A stretch of DNA of 64,000 nucleotides. Source: Sediminibacterium sp. (GTDB lineage Bacteria; Bacteroidota; Bacteroidia; Chitinophagales; Chitinophagaceae). The position numbers and the translations under genes were made by a program. Within the stretch, counting starts at the first letter, position 1. Each line of letters begins with the position of its first letter. The notes beneath the pieces were generated by a model. That model searched no databases and had not been told where the DNA came from. It saw only the letters and a list, made by a program, of their open reading frames with translations. Of this stretch, positions 39,373 to 51,493 are shown in pieces. The stretch is from NCBI GenBank assembly GCA_049314475.1, contig JBMOFB010000001.1, forward strand, positions 3,047 through 67,046, given 5' to 3'.

Positions 39373-40038
39373 ATGACCAAAGATCAAAAAAATGAAGTGA
39401 TTGAAATCCTAAAAGGAAAATTCAGTCAATATAATAACTTCTACATTACAGATACAGAATCTTTGAGCGTTGAACAAATTTCTAATTTACGTCGTTCTTG
39501 TTTTAACAAGGAAATAGAAATGAAAGTGGCTAAAAACACTTTGATTCGTAAAGCATTAGAAAGTTTGGATAGCGAGAAGTATGCTGGTCTATTCGACTCA
39601 TTAAACAATGTGACTGCATTGATGTTCTCTGAAAATCCTAAAGATCCAGCTGTGATTTTAAGTGCATTCAGAAAAGCAAATGCTGGTGACAGACCAACAT
39701 TAAAAGCTGCTTTCATTAACGGAGATATTTTTGTAGGTGACAACTCATTGGTTGCATTGACAAATATCAAAACTAAGAATGAATTGATTGGTGAAGTGCT
39801 TGGATTGTTACAATCTCCAGCTAAGCGTGTCATCGCGGCTTTATTAAACCATGCGGAAAATGGAAGCACTAAAACTGAAACAGAAGTTGTAGCGGCTGCC
39901 ATCGAAGTGGCAGTTGAAGAAGCAGCAGCACCAGTTGAAGCAGCGGCTCCTGTTGCAGAGGCTGAAGCTCCAGTAGCTGAAGCAGCTCCAGAAGCGCCAG
40001 CGGCAGAAGCGGCTCCTGAAGCAGCACCTGAGGCTTAA
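39373..40038 (+). CDS. rplJ: 50S ribosomal protein L10 with Ala/Glu/Pro-rich C-terminal extension
   Basis: LR..C, KNTL...AL, ELIGEVLGLLQSP; position in rplKAJL. Confidence 0.97.
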   Translation: MTKDQKNEVIEILKGKFSQYNNFYITDTESLSVEQISNLRRSCFNKEIEMKVAKNTLIRKALESLDSEKYAGLFDSLNNVTALMFSENPKDPAVILSAFRKANAGDRPTLKAAFINGDIFVGDNSLVALTNIKTKNELIGEVLGLLQSPAKRVIAALLNHAENGSTKTETEVVAAAIEVAVEEAAAPVEAAAPVAEAEAPVAEAAPEAPAAEAAPEAAPEA

Positions 40039-40187
40039 TGCAAACCTCATGATGGGAGAGGATATTTCCATCAAAAAATAGTTAATTTCAGAAGACTCGA
40101 ATGGGTTTCTGTTTTTATATTGTTACATAATTTTTTTAAACCTTCCGCTGGAGCAATTGCTTTGAAAGCGGAAAAAATTGAAACAAC

Positions 40188-40559
40188 ATGGCAGACGTAA
40201 AAAAACTAGCTGAAGAATTAGTAAGCTTAACAGTAAAGCAAGTACAAGAATTAGCTGATGTATTAAAAGCTGATTACGGTATTGAACCAGCAGCAGCAGC
40301 GGTGGTAGTTGCAGCAGGTGGTGGTGGTGCAGAAGCAGTAGCAGAAAAGACAGCATTTGATGTGATCTTAGTAAGCGGTGGTCCAAGCAAATTAAACGTA
40401 GTTAAAATCGTTAAAGATTTAACAGGTCTTGGCTTGAAAGAAGCTAAAGATTTAGTGGACGGTGCTCCAAAAGCAATCAAAGAAGGCGTTTCTAGAGCAG
40501 AAGCTGACGATGTTGCTGGTAAATTGAAAGAAGCAGGTGCTGAAGTTGAAGTAAAGTAA
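40188..40559 (+). CDS. rplL: 50S ribosomal protein L7/L12
   Basis: [18 protein letters not shown]. Confidence 0.99.
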   Translation: MADVKKLAEELVSLTVKQVQELADVLKADYGIEPAAAAVVVAAGGGGAEAVAEKTAFDVILVSGGPSKLNVVKIVKDLTGLGLKEAKDLVDGAPKAIKEGVSRAEADDVAGKLKEAGAEVEVK

Positions 40560-40588
40560 TTTACTCGACTTAGGTCGCTTTAAAATAT

Positions 40589-40617
40589 AGCCTCGGACTT
40601 GTTCCGGGGCTTTTTTT
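40589..40617 (+). terminator. Intrinsic terminator after rplL
   Basis: AGCCTCGGA-CTTGT-TCCGGGGCT plus T-tract. Confidence 0.85.
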
Positions 40618-40644
40618 GTCTATTTTTTTCTTCTTGGGAAGGGG

Positions 40645-40727
40645 GGCTTTAGATAATATACCGAAATCTTATCCTCTACGCTCGCAGGCTCGAAGTTTCG
40701 GCTAAGATTTGTATATTTTCTAAAGCC
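40645..40727 (-). repeat. Long hairpin element, copy 1 (core GCTCGCAGGCTCGAA at 40680-40694)
   Basis: Nested inverted repeats GGCTTTAGA/TCTAAAGCC, AATATAC/GTATATT, AAATCTTA/TAAGATTT. Confidence 0.75.
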
Positions 40728-40750
40728 TGAATACCTTTTTAAAAAAGAAA

Positions 40751-40836
40751 AGAACTTAGAAAGAAATACAAATATTCATCGACCTTTCGAGCCTGCGAGC
40801 AGGGAGAGGGATATTTTGGTATTTTTTCTAAGTTCT
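40751..40836 (+). repeat. Long hairpin element, copy 2, inverted relative to copy 1 (core TTCGAGCCTGCGAGC at 40786-40800)
   Basis: Nested inverted repeats AGAACTTAGAAA/TTTCTAAGTTCT, AATAC/GTATT, AAATAT/ATATTT; identical 15-nt core. Confidence 0.75.
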
Positions 40837-41193
40837 AAATCAACTAAGAAGTTAAGAATTCTCTAAATTTTGTCAAACTTGGAAAAATTTGATATAACAT
40901 AATAAAATATCTTAATATTATATTAATTTCAAAACAGTGTTTTAAATATATAAATAAAATATATTTAAAAATTTGACCGATTTTGGCACTTTTTTCAAAA
41001 AAACTTTCAAAAACAAGCTTTTTGGTACAAAATTTGTTTTTAAATCTGACCTACTTTATGTAACTTTGCAGTCCTTTATTTTGGGCTGTAATCTATTGTA
41101 AAAATGGTCGATTCCTCGTCTATTTCGAAGTAGGATACACTTTAGCACAATGCTACCAAAAGTTTAATTCGCAATAAAACTGGTTTATACCGT

Positions 41194-44100
41194 ATGTCTA
41201 CAACAATCTTGAACAACAGAGTCAACTTTGGTAAGATAAAACACATCGCCGAAGCACCAGACTTACTTGACATTCAGTTAGAATCTTTCAAAGAATTCTT
41301 TCAGTTAGAAACAACACCAGACCGCAGAGATGTGGAAGGTTTGTTCCGTGTATTCAAGGAAAATTTTCCTATCACTGATACGCGTAACATCTTCGTGTTA
41401 GAATTTTTGGATTATTTTATCGATCCGCCACGCTACACTATTGATGAGTGTATGGAGCGTGGATTAACGTATGCTGTTCCATTAAAAGCTAAACTTCGTT
41501 TAAGCTGTAATGACGAGGAGCACGTTGATTTCCAAACCATCGTACAGGATGTATTCTTAGGAAACATTCCTTACATGACACCAAGAGGAACCTTTGTGAT
41601 TAATGGTGCTGAGCGTGTTGTCGTATCTCAGTTACACCGTTCACCAGGTGTGTTCTTTGGTCAATCAATCCATCCAAACGGAACTAAGATTTATTCTGCA
41701 CGTGTGATTCCTTTCAAGGGCGCATGGATGGAATTTGCTACAGATATTAACAACGTGATGTATGCGTACATCGATCGTAAGAAAAAATTCCCTGTAACTA
41801 CTTTATTGCGTTCAATTGGTTTTGAAACAGATAAAGATATCTTGGAATTATTCGGCATGGCGGATGAAGTTAAAGCAGATAAGAAAACTTTAGCAAATCA
41901 AGTTGGTCGTAAATTAGCTGCACGTGTTTTAAGAACATGGGTAGAAGATTTTGTGGATGAAGACACAGGTGAAGTAGTAAGCATCGAGCGTAACGAAATC
42001 GTTATGGAGCGTGATACTGTTTTAGACGAAGACGCTATCAATTTGATTATTGAAATGGGCGCAAAAAGCGTATTCATTCAAAAGGAAGATGTAGGTGGTG
42101 ACTATGCGATTATCTACAACACATTAAATAAGGATACTTCTAATTCTGAATTAGAAGCGGTTCAACATATCTACCGTCAATTACGTGGTGCTGATGCCCC
42201 AGATAATGAAACGGCTCGTGGTATCATTGACAAATTATTTTTCTCTGACAAGCGTTATGATTTAGGTGAAGTTGGTCGTTATAAAATCAACAAAAAATTA
42301 GGTCATGACTTAACGCAAGAGAAAAAAGTATTGACTAAAAATGATATCATCGAAATCATTAAGTACTTAGTACGTTTAACCAACGCGAAAGCAGAGATTG
42401 ATGACATCGATCACTTAAGCAATCGTCGTATTCGTACAGTAGGAGAGCAATTGTATGCGCAGTTCGGTGTAGGTTTAGCGCGTATGGCGCGTACGATCCG
42501 TGAGCGTATGAACGTGCGTGATAACGAGGTATTCACTCCAGTTGACTTGATCAACGCGAGAACATTATCTTCTGTTATTAATTCATTCTTCGGAACATCT
42601 CAGTTATCTCAATTCTTAGACCAAACCAATCCATTGAGTGAAATCACGCACAAGCGTCGTGTTTCCGCATTAGGACCCGGCGGTTTAAGTAGAGAGCGTG
42701 CTGGTTTCGAGGTACGTGACGTACACTATTCTCACTACGGTCGTCTTTGTACAATTGAAACACCAGAAGGACCAAACATTGGTTTGATTTCTACTTTGTG
42801 TGTACACGCAAAAATCAACGATATGGGCTTCATTGAAACTCCATACCGTAAAGTAGAAAATGGTAAAGTCAATTTAAAGACACTCACTTATTTAAGTGCG
42901 GAAGAAGAAGACACTGCAAGAATTGCACAGTCCAACACGCCGCTAACTGAAAAAGGTGAATTTTCAGAAGACAAAGTTATTTCTCGTGAAACAGGTGACT
43001 TCCCAATTTTAGATAAAGCAGATGTACAATATATGGATGTGGCACCAAACCAAATCGTTGGATTGAGTGCTTCATTAATTCCATTCTTAGAGCATGATGA
43101 TGCCAACCGTGCGTTGATGGGATCAAACATGCAACGTCAAGCTGTACCATTGATTCGTCCAGAAGTACCTATCGTAGGAACTGGTTTAGAAGGTAAAGCT
43201 GCACGTGATGCAAGAATTCAAATTCACGCAGACGGAGATGGTGTGATCGAGTTTGTAGATGCCAATGAAATCCACGTTCGTTATAATCGAAACGATCTTG
43301 ATCGTTTAGTTAGTTTCAACGAAGATTTAATGGTCTATAAATTAACCAAGTTCATTAAAACGAACCAATCAACTTGTATCAACTTACGTCCTGCTGTAAA
43401 GAAGGGACAGAAGGTGAAGAAAGGAGATTTCTTAACAGAAGGTTATGCCACTAAAGACGGTGAAATTGCTTTAGGTAGAAACTTACAAGTGGCATTCATG
43501 CCATGGAAGGGTTACAACTTTGAGGATGCGATTGTAATTAGTGAAAGAGTTGTTCGCGAAGATTTATTTACGTCTATTCACATTGATGAATATGAATTAG
43601 AAGTTCGTGATACAAAATTAGGAGAAGAAGAATTGACTTCTGACATTCCAAACGTATCCGAAGAAGCAACAAAAGATTTAGATGAACACGGTATTATTAG
43701 AATAGGTGCTGCAGTAAAAGAGGGAGATATCTTAATTGGTAAGATCACACCAAAAGGTGAATCAGATCCAACTCCAGAAGAAAAATTATTGCGTGCAATC
43801 TTTGGTGATAAAGCTGGTGACGCTAAAGATGCTTCTTTGAAAGCTTCTAACGGAACTGAAGGTGTGGTGATTGACAAAAAATTATTCCAACGTGCTAAGA
43901 AAGATAAGAGTGGTAAGGTGCGTGAGAAAGCAATGTTGGATAAAGTAGAAAAAGACCACGAGCAGAAGTCTACAATGATTAAAGAATTGTTAATTGAAAA
44001 ATTACAAACTTTATTAAAAGACCATACAACTCCAGGTGTGGTGAACAATTTTGGTGAAACATTGATTCCTAAAGGAAGCAAATTCAGTGCGAAGAATTTA

Positions 44101-44997
44101 TCGACCATTGATTTCCAAAATGTGAACCCATTAGGATGGACTGGTGACAAGAAAACAGATGATTTCTTAAACACATTATTACACAACTTTAGCATCAAGT
44201 ACAACGAAGAGTTAGGTCGTTACAAGCGTGAGAAATTCAATATTTCTATCGGAGATGAATTACCAGCGGGTGTATTGAAATTAGCGAAGGTCTACTTAGC
44301 AGTTAAGCGTAAGTTAAAAGTGGGTGATAAGATGGCAGGACGTCACGGTAACAAAGGTATCGTTGCTAAGATTGTTCGTGCAGAAGATATGCCATTCATG
44401 GAAGACGGAACGCCAGTAGATATCGTATTGAATCCATTGGGTGTACCTTCTCGTATGAACTTAGGACAGATCTATGAAACAATCTTAGGATGGACTGGTA
44501 AGAAATTAGGTGTGAAGTTTGCAACGCCAATTTTTGATGGTGCAAGCACACAACAAATTGAAGACCTATGTGACGAAGCAGGTATCCCTAACAATGGTCA
44601 TACTTATTTATATGATGGCGAAACAGGAGAGAAATTCGATCAAAAGACTTCTGTGGGTGTGATCTATATGATTAAGTTACACCACATGGTAGACGATAAG
44701 ATGCACGCACGTTCTATCGGACCATACAGTTTGATTACACAACAACCATTGGGTGGAAAAGCTCAGTTTGGTGGTCAACGTTTTGGTGAGATGGAGGTAT
44801 GGGCATTAGAAGCATATGGTGCATCTAATATCTTACAAGAATTATTGACACTTAAATCAGATGATATCATCGGTAGAGCTAAGACATATGAAGCCATTGT
44901 AAAAGGCGAGAATATTCCTAAAGCTGGTATTCCTGAATCATTCAATGTATTAGTACATGAATTGAGAGGTTTAGGTCTTGATTTAAAATTTGATTAA
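41194..44997 (+). CDS. rpoB: RNA polymerase beta subunit
   Basis: [31 protein letters not shown]. Confidence 0.99.
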   Translation: MSTTILNNRVNFGKIKHIAEAPDLLDIQLESFKEFFQLETTPDRRDVEGLFRVFKENFPITDTRNIFVLEFLDYFIDPPRYTIDECMERGLTYAVPLKAKLRLSCNDEEHVDFQTIVQDVFLGNIPYMTPRGTFVINGAERVVVSQLHRSPGVFFGQSIHPNGTKIYSARVIPFKGAWMEFATDINNVMYAYIDRKKKFPVTTLLRSIGFETDKDILELFGMADEVKADKKTLANQVGRKLAARVLRTWVEDFVDEDTGEVVSIERNEIVMERDTVLDEDAINLIIEMGAKSVFIQKEDVGGDYAIIYNTLNKDTSNSELEAVQHIYRQLRGADAPDNETARGIIDKLFFSDKRYDLGEVGRYKINKKLGHDLTQEKKVLTKNDIIEIIKYLVRLTNAKAEIDDIDHLSNRRIRTVGEQLYAQFGVGLARMARTIRERMNVRDNEVFTPVDLINARTLSSVINSFFGTSQLSQFLDQTNPLSEITHKRRVSALGPGGLSRERAGFEVRDVHYSHYGRLCTIETPEGPNIGLISTLCVHAKINDMGFIETPYRKVENGKVNLKTLTYLSAEEEDTARIAQSNTPLTEKGEFSEDKVISRETGDFPILDKADVQYMDVAPNQIVGLSASLIPFLEHDDANRALMGSNMQRQAVPLIRPEVPIVGTGLEGKAARDARIQIHADGDGVIEFVDANEIHVRYNRNDLDRLVSFNEDLMVYKLTKFIKTNQSTCINLRPAVKKGQKVKKGDFLTEGYATKDGEIALGRNLQVAFMPWKGYNFEDAIVISERVVREDLFTSIHIDEYELEVRDTKLGEEELTSDIPNVSEEATKDLDEHGIIRIGAAVKEGDILIGKITPKGESDPTPEEKLLRAIFGDKAGDAKDASLKASNGTEGVVIDKKLFQRAKKDKSGKVREKAMLDKVEKDHEQKSTMIKELLIEKLQTLLKDHTTPGVVNNFGETLIPKGSKFSAKNLSTIDFQNVNPLGWTGDKKTDDFLNTLLHNFSIKYNEELGRYKREKFNISIGDELPAGVLKLAKVYLAVKRKLKVGDKMAGRHGNKGIVAKIVRAEDMPFMEDGTPVDIVLNPLGVPSRMNLGQIYETILGWTGKKLGVKFATPIFDGASTQQIEDLCDEAGIPNNGHTYLYDGETGEKFDQKTSVGVIYMIKLHHMVDDKMHARSIGPYSLITQQPLGGKAQFGGQRFGEMEVWALEAYGASNILQELLTLKSDDIIGRAKTYEAIVKGENIPKAGIPESFNVLVHELRGLGLDLKFD

Positions 44998-45067
44998 TCA
45001 TCGAATAACACACCAAATTCTTAAATAGGTTCCGGTATAAAAGCCGAAACTAAAATGAATAAATAAT

Positions 45068-48000
45068 ATGGCATTCAAAAAAGAGAATAGACAACGTCCG
45101 GCATTTTCTCAAATCACGATTAGTTTGGCATCCCCAGACAATATCTTAGAGAGAAGTTTTGGAGAAGTGTTGAAACCAGAAACAATCAACTACCGTACTT
45201 ACAAACCAGAGCGTGACGGACTTTTCTGTGAGCGTATTTTTGGTCCAGTAAAGGATTACGAATGTGCTTGTGGAAAGTATAAAAGAATTCGTTACAAAGG
45301 CATCGTATGTGATCGTTGTGGCGTTGAAGTAACAGAAAAGAAAGTACGTCGTGAGCGTATGGGCCACATCAAGTTGGTGGTGCCTGTAGTGCATATCTGG
45401 TACTTTAAATCTTTACCAAACAAAATCGGTTACTTGTTAGGAATGAGTTCTAAGAAATTAGAAACCATCATTTACTATGAGCGTTATGTAGTGATTCAGC
45501 CAGGTATCAAAGACAATTTGAAAGTAGCTGATTTATTAACGGAGGAAGAGTATTTAGATTTATTAGATACTTTACCAAAAGACAATCAACACTTATCCGA
45601 TGAGGATCCTCAAAAGTTCATCGCTAAGATGGGCGCGGATGCAGTACATGACTTATTAGGATTATTAGATTTAGATACTTTAAGTTTCACATTACGTGAT
45701 GCTGCTGCAAACGAAACATCTCAACAAAGAAAAGCAGATGCTTTAAAGCGTTTGAGTGTGGTAGAATCTTTCCGCGAAGCTAAGACCCATATTACCAACC
45801 AACCAGAGTGGATGGTAATGAAATATATTCCAGTTATTCCTCCAGAATTACGTCCATTGGTGCCATTAGATGGTGGCCGTTTTGCGTCTTCTGATTTGAA
45901 TGACTTATACCGTCGTGTAATCATCCGTAACAATCGTTTAAAGCGTTTGTTAGAGATTAAAGCACCAGAAGTGATCTTGCGTAACGAAAAGCGTATGTTA
46001 CAAGAGGCCATCGATTCTTTATTCGATAACTCTCGTAAGTCTAACGCCGTTAAAGCAGAAGGTGGACGTGCTTTGAAATCTTTATCTGATGTATTAAAAG
46101 GTAAGCAAGGTCGTTTCCGTCAAAACTTATTAGGTAAGCGTGTGGATTATTCTGGACGTTCTGTAATTGTTGTAGGACCTGAATTGAAAATGCACGAGTG
46201 CGGATTACCAAAAGATATGGCTGCGGAATTATTTAAGCCATTTATCATTCGTAAATTAATTGAAAGAGGTATCGTTAAAACAGTGAAGTCAGCTAAGAAA
46301 TTAGTAGATAAAAAAGAAGCTGTGATTTGGGATATCTTAGAAAACATATTGAAAGGACATCCAGTGATGTTAAACCGTGCCCCAACATTGCACCGTTTAT
46401 CTATCCAAGCCTTCCAACCTAAAATGGTAGAAGGTAAAGCGATTCAACTTCACCCATTAGTTACCGCGTCATTCAACGCCGATTTTGATGGTGACCAAAT
46501 GGCGGTGCACGTTCCATTAAGCCACGCGGCAATTTTGGAAGCACAGTTGTTGATGTTGTCTTCTCACAATATCTTGAACCCACAAAATGGTACGCCAATC
46601 ACCCTTCCTTCTCAGGACATGGTGTTAGGTTTATACTATATCACAAAGGGTAAAAAATCAATGGGCGACTTAGTCGTAAGAGGTGAAGGCAAAGCTTTCT
46701 ACAGCTTAGACGAGGTCATCATTGCATACAACGAAGACAAAATAGATTTACACGCAAATATTAGAGTAAAAACAAATATTCGTGAAAACGGAGTATTAGT
46801 AAACAAATTAATTGAAACAACAGTAGGTCGTGTGTTATTTAACCAACACACTCCAAAGCCAGTTGGATTCGTAAATCAATTGTTGACTAAGAAAAGTTTA
46901 AGAGATATCATTGGTGATATCATTAAAATCACTGACGTTCCTACTACAGCAAAATTCTTGGATGATATTAAAACATTAGGTTTCAGAATGGCATTCCGCG
47001 GAGGTTTATCATTCAATGTGAACGACTTAGTTGTTCCAGAAACTAGACATGCATTACTAGAAGCTGCGAAAGTTGAAGTAGAAGAAGTTTGGGAGAACTA
47101 TAACATGGGTCTTATTACGAACAACGAGCGTTACAACCAGGTAATTGATATCTGGGGACGTGTCGATACACGTATCACCGATACTTTAATTCGTGAAATG
47201 GCTACCGATAAGCAAGGTTTCAACTCTGTATACATGATGTTGGATTCTGGAGCAAGAGGTAGTAAAACACAGGTGAAGCAGTTGGTAGGTATTCGTGGAT
47301 TGATGGCGAAACCTCGTAAGAGTGGTAGCACAGGATCTGAGGTTATTGAGAATCCAATCTTATCCAACTTTAAAGGTGGATTGAACGTACTAGATTACTT
47401 TATTTCTACGCACGGTGCGCGTAAGGGTCTTGCGGATACTGCCTTAAAGACAGCAGATGCAGGTTACTTAACACGTCGTTTAGTGGATGTATCTCAGGAT
47501 GTGGTGATCTCTGAAGAAGATTGCGGCACATTAAGAGGTATTGCTACAAGTGCATTGAAAGACAACGAAGATGTAATTGAACAATTGGCAGATAGAATTG
47601 AAGGTCGTACTTCTGCTCAAGATGTATTCAACCCAATCACCAACGAATTAATCGTTGCAGCTGGCGAAGAAATTTCAATTGATGCAGCTCGTTTAATCGA
47701 AGATGCAGCGATCGAAACAGTAGAGATTCGCTCTGTATTAACTTGTGAGAGCAAGCGTGGTGTTTGTGTGAAATGTTATGGTAGAAACCTAGCGACTGGA
47801 TATATTACTCAAAGAGGTGATGCAGTAGGTATTATCGCTGCACAATCAATTGGTGAGCCGGGTACACAGTTGACATTACGTACTTTCCACGTGGGTGGTG
47901 TTGCTGGATCTTCTTCTGTTGAATCTAGCTTGAACGCTAAGTTTGACGGTACAATCCAGTTTGATGGTCTCCGTACTGTAGAAACTATCAACAACGATGG

Positions 48001-49354
48001 TAACAAAGTAAAAGTTGTTATCGGACGTACTGGTGAGGTAAGAATTATGGATGTGAAGAATGATCGTTTAATGATCACGAACAACGTTCCTTACGGTGCT
48101 ATCCTTGCTGTGAAAGATGGCGCGACAGTGAAGAAGGGAGATGTGATTTGTACATGGGATCCTTTCAACAACGTGATTGTTGCTGAGCAAAATGGTAAGA
48201 TTGAATTTGAAAATATTTTAGAAGGATTTACGTATCGTGACGAAGCAGATGAGCAAACTGGTCACCGTGAAAAAGTGGTGATTGAATCTAAGGATAAAAC
48301 AAAGATTCCAACCATCATCTTAGCAGGTACTAAAGACAATAAGATGTACAACTTGCCAGTAGGTTCACACATTGTGATTGAAGAAGGTGTGGAAGTGAAG
48401 GCAGGACATATCTTGGTGAAAATTCCAAGAGTCTTAGGTAAGTTAAGAGATATCACGGGAGGTCTTCCACGTGTAACTGAATTATTCGAGGCAAGAAATC
48501 CAGGTAACCCTGCGATTGTTTGTGAGATCGATGGTATCGTTACATTTGGTAATATCAAGCGTGGTAATAGAGAAATCATTGTGGAGTCTAAAGATGGTAT
48601 GGTGAAGAAGTACTTAGTGCCATTAACACGTCAGATCTTGGTTCAAGATAGTGACTTTGTTAAAGCAGGTTCTCCTTTATCAGATGGTCAAATTGCACCA
48701 GCAGATATCTTAGCTATTAGAGGTCCTTATGCTGTACAAGAATACGTTGTAAATGAAATCCAAGAGGTTTATCGTTTACAGGGTGTGAAAATCAATGATA
48801 AACACATTGAAGTGATTGTACGTCAAATGATGAAGAAGGTAGAGATTGTAGATGCTGGAGATACTAAGTTCTTAGAAGAAGATTTAGAAGATCGTTTTGA
48901 CTTTATCGAGGAGAATGATCGTATTTATGATAAGAAAGTAGTGACTGATGGTGGTGAAAGTGCTAAATTTAAAGCTGGTCAAATTGTAACTGTTCGTGAA
49001 TTAAGAGAAGAGAATTCTATCTTAAAGCGTGCAGACAAGAAAGTAGTAGAAGTGCGCGATGCGAAACCTGCTACAGCACGTCCAGTCTTATTAGGTATCA
49101 CTAAAGCATCTTTGGGTGTACAAAGCTGGATCTCGGCTGCGTCATTCCAAGAGACGACAAAAGTGTTGAGTCAGGCAGCCATTCAAGGCAAGGTTGATTT
49201 AATGCTTGGATTGAAAGAGAACGTAATTACAGGTCACTTAATTCCTGCAGGTACTGGTCAAAAAGAATTCGAGAAATTGATCGTAGGAAGTAAGGAAGAA
49301 TATGAAGTGTTGGCTACAACTCGTGAGGCGATGAGCTTTGATGAGGAAGAATAA
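45068..49354 (+). CDS. rpoC: RNA polymerase beta' subunit
   Basis: NADFDGD catalytic motif, Zn-binding cysteines, [13 protein letters not shown]. Confidence 0.99.
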   Translation: MAFKKENRQRPAFSQITISLASPDNILERSFGEVLKPETINYRTYKPERDGLFCERIFGPVKDYECACGKYKRIRYKGIVCDRCGVEVTEKKVRRERMGHIKLVVPVVHIWYFKSLPNKIGYLLGMSSKKLETIIYYERYVVIQPGIKDNLKVADLLTEEEYLDLLDTLPKDNQHLSDEDPQKFIAKMGADAVHDLLGLLDLDTLSFTLRDAAANETSQQRKADALKRLSVVESFREAKTHITNQPEWMVMKYIPVIPPELRPLVPLDGGRFASSDLNDLYRRVIIRNNRLKRLLEIKAPEVILRNEKRMLQEAIDSLFDNSRKSNAVKAEGGRALKSLSDVLKGKQGRFRQNLLGKRVDYSGRSVIVVGPELKMHECGLPKDMAAELFKPFIIRKLIERGIVKTVKSAKKLVDKKEAVIWDILENILKGHPVMLNRAPTLHRLSIQAFQPKMVEGKAIQLHPLVTASFNADFDGDQMAVHVPLSHAAILEAQLLMLSSHNILNPQNGTPITLPSQDMVLGLYYITKGKKSMGDLVVRGEGKAFYSLDEVIIAYNEDKIDLHANIRVKTNIRENGVLVNKLIETTVGRVLFNQHTPKPVGFVNQLLTKKSLRDIIGDIIKITDVPTTAKFLDDIKTLGFRMAFRGGLSFNVNDLVVPETRHALLEAAKVEVEEVWENYNMGLITNNERYNQVIDIWGRVDTRITDTLIREMATDKQGFNSVYMMLDSGARGSKTQVKQLVGIRGLMAKPRKSGSTGSEVIENPILSNFKGGLNVLDYFISTHGARKGLADTALKTADAGYLTRRLVDVSQDVVISEEDCGTLRGIATSALKDNEDVIEQLADRIEGRTSAQDVFNPITNELIVAAGEEISIDAARLIEDAAIETVEIRSVLTCESKRGVCVKCYGRNLATGYITQRGDAVGIIAAQSIGEPGTQLTLRTFHVGGVAGSSSVESSLNAKFDGTIQFDGLRTVETINNDGNKVKVVIGRTGEVRIMDVKNDRLMITNNVPYGAILAVKDGATVKKGDVICTWDPFNNVIVAEQNGKIEFENILEGFTYRDEADEQTGHREKVVIESKDKTKIPTIILAGTKDNKMYNLPVGSHIVIEEGVEVKAGHILVKIPRVLGKLRDITGGLPRVTELFEARNPGNPAIVCEIDGIVTFGNIKRGNREIIVESKDGMVKKYLVPLTRQILVQDSDFVKAGSPLSDGQIAPADILAIRGPYAVQEYVVNEIQEVYRLQGVKINDKHIEVIVRQMMKKVEIVDAGDTKFLEEDLEDRFDFIEENDRIYDKKVVTDGGESAKFKAGQIVTVRELREENSILKRADKKVVEVRDAKPATARPVLLGITKASLGVQSWISAASFQETTKVLSQAAIQGKVDLMLGLKENVITGHLIPAGTGQKEFEKLIVGSKEEYEVLATTREAMSFDEEE

Positions 49355-49374
49355 ACACTTTGATTGATTTTGTT

Positions 49375-49410
49375 AAAAAGCAGGAAATAGTTCTATTTCC
49401 TGCTTTTTTT
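49375..49410 (+). terminator. Intrinsic terminator after rpoC
   Basis: Perfect inverted repeat AAAAAGCAGGAAATAG / CTATTTCCTGCTTTTT plus extra Ts. Confidence 0.85.
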
Positions 49411-49499
49411 ATGCTTTAAATACAAGGTTGATTTATTTATTTTACTTATTTTTATAGGGTAGGGCAATCTGTCTACAATCAAATAAATTATAATTCAAA

Positions 49500-50072
49500 A
49501 TGAAGTCAATTAATTGGGCGGTGAATGGTGTTTTAGCTTTGGCAATCATTATTTTGTATGTATTGCATTTTAGTGGTAATGGTACTACGAGCAAACAAGC
49601 TACGATGCAAGCAGCAGGTGGAACCAAAGTTGCTTATTTTGAAATAGATTCTATTCAAAATAACTATGTCTTTTTTAAAGATGTGAAAGATGCATTGCAA
49701 TTAAAAGATATGGAAAATGCAAAGCAATTGACAGCCCTTAAGAATGCGTTTTCTGCTAAGTACCAAGATCTTCAAAAGAATGGCCAATATTTATCTCAAG
49801 GGGAAGTTGTTGCAAGACAACAAGAGTTACAGCAATTAGAAAAAAATTACGCGAATACAGAACAGCAATTATCTCAAGCTTTACAAGAGGAGAGTTACAG
49901 AAAGTTACAAGAAGTAAAAAAGAAAATAGAAGCTTATATTTTAAAGTACAATAAGGATAAGCAATTTGCCTATGTGTTTTCTAGTAACTCAGACTTGATG
50001 TATTACAAGGACACAACTTACGATATCACTTTAGATATTGTCAAAGGGCTTAACGCTGAATACAAAAAATAA
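49500..50072 (+). CDS. OmpH/Skp family periplasmic chaperone
   Basis: N-terminal TM, KVAY.EIDS, long coiled coil, YDIT..IVKGLN. Confidence 0.85.
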   Translation: MKSINWAVNGVLALAIIILYVLHFSGNGTTSKQATMQAAGGTKVAYFEIDSIQNNYVFFKDVKDALQLKDMENAKQLTALKNAFSAKYQDLQKNGQYLSQGEVVARQQELQQLEKNYANTEQQLSQALQEESYRKLQEVKKKIEAYILKYNKDKQFAYVFSSNSDLMYYKDTTYDITLDIVKGLNAEYKK

Positions 50073-51493
50073 TGTCAGAAAATAACACCGAATTTAAACC
50101 AAGTTTATCTGCATTTGATGCAACCATGATTGTTGCCGGAAGCATGATTGGTTCGGGCATATTTATTGTGAGTGCAGACATTACAAGGAACGTAGGATCT
50201 GCTGGATGGTTGGTGGCGGTGTGGTTGATTACTGGATTCATGACCTTAACTGCTGCACTAAGCTATGGTGAGTTGAGTGCAATGTTTCCAAAAGCGGGTG
50301 GGCAGTATGTGTACTTAAAAGAATCTTATAATCCTTTGTTAGGATTTTTATATGGCTGGAGTTTTTTTGCAGTCATTCAAACCGGAACGATTGCTGCTGT
50401 GGGGGTGGCTTTTAGTAAATTTGCAGGTTACTTTTTTCCTTCATTAGAAATGACAGATGCAAATATTTTAATGCAAATTGGTTTTTTAAAAATATATCCT
50501 GCACAAATTTTATCCATTGCCACTATTATCCTGCTCACCTATATTAACACCAAAGGTGTGCAGGGTGGTAAAATGATACAATCTACTTTCACCATTACTA
50601 AATTAGCTTCCTTATTTGGGTTGATAGGATTTGGTTTTTTGTTGGCATCTAAAGCAAGTATTTGGGATGCCAATTGGGCAAACGCATGGGAGATGAAAAC
50701 AATTGCATCAGATAATAGTACAACACCCATTTTTGGAGTGGCTATTTTAGGTGCCATAGCAGCATCGATGGTAGGTTCTATTTTTAGTAGTGATGCATGG
50801 AATAATGTCACCTTTATTGCAGGGGAAATAAAAAATCCAAAACGAAATATTGGGTTGAGTCTTTTTTTAGGCACTTTAATTGTAACTGTCATTTATATTG
50901 CGGCCAACCTGATGTACTTAAGTGTGCTACCATTAAATGAGATTGCCAATGCTCCTGCGGATCGTGTGGCAGTAGCTGCATCTAATGCTATTTTTGGTAA
51001 TATTGGTACTTATGTGATTGCTATCATGATTATGATTGCCACATTTGGTTGTAATAATGGATTAATTCTTGCAGGTGCAAGGGTTTACTATACCATGGCA
51101 CAGGATGGATTGTTCTTTAAAAAGGCAGGCACTTTAAATAAGCATGCAGTTCCAGCTTGGGCACTTTGGGCACAATGTATTGTAGCAGGGTTACTTTGCT
51201 TAAGTGGTAGGTATGGAGATTTATTGGACATGGTGTCCTTTATTGTAGTGATATTTTATATCCTTACAATTATCGGCATCTTCATCCTTCGTAAAAAAAG
51301 ACCAGAATTAGAAAGACCATATAAAGCGTTTGGTTATCCAGTTTTACCTGCTATTTATCTTTTAATGGGTACTTGCTTTTGTGTTTTGTTAATCATCTAC
51401 AAACCTAATTTTACATGGCCTGGTTTAATCATTACCCTGTTAGGTGTGCCATTGTATTATTTGGCATTGCGCAATCAAAAAAACGCATCGTAA
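50072..51493 (+). CDS. APC family amino acid permease
   Basis: GSMIGSGIF, AGG.YVYL, AGEIKNP.RN, about 12 TM. Confidence 0.93.
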   Translation: MSENNTEFKPSLSAFDATMIVAGSMIGSGIFIVSADITRNVGSAGWLVAVWLITGFMTLTAALSYGELSAMFPKAGGQYVYLKESYNPLLGFLYGWSFFAVIQTGTIAAVGVAFSKFAGYFFPSLEMTDANILMQIGFLKIYPAQILSIATIILLTYINTKGVQGGKMIQSTFTITKLASLFGLIGFGFLLASKASIWDANWANAWEMKTIASDNSTTPIFGVAILGAIAASMVGSIFSSDAWNNVTFIAGEIKNPKRNIGLSLFLGTLIVTVIYIAANLMYLSVLPLNEIANAPADRVAVAASNAIFGNIGTYVIAIMIMIATFGCNNGLILAGARVYYTMAQDGLFFKKAGTLNKHAVPAWALWAQCIVAGLLCLSGRYGDLLDMVSFIVVIFYILTIIGIFILRKKRPELERPYKAFGYPVLPAIYLLMGTCFCVLLIIYKPNFTWPGLIITLLGVPLYYLALRNQKNAS

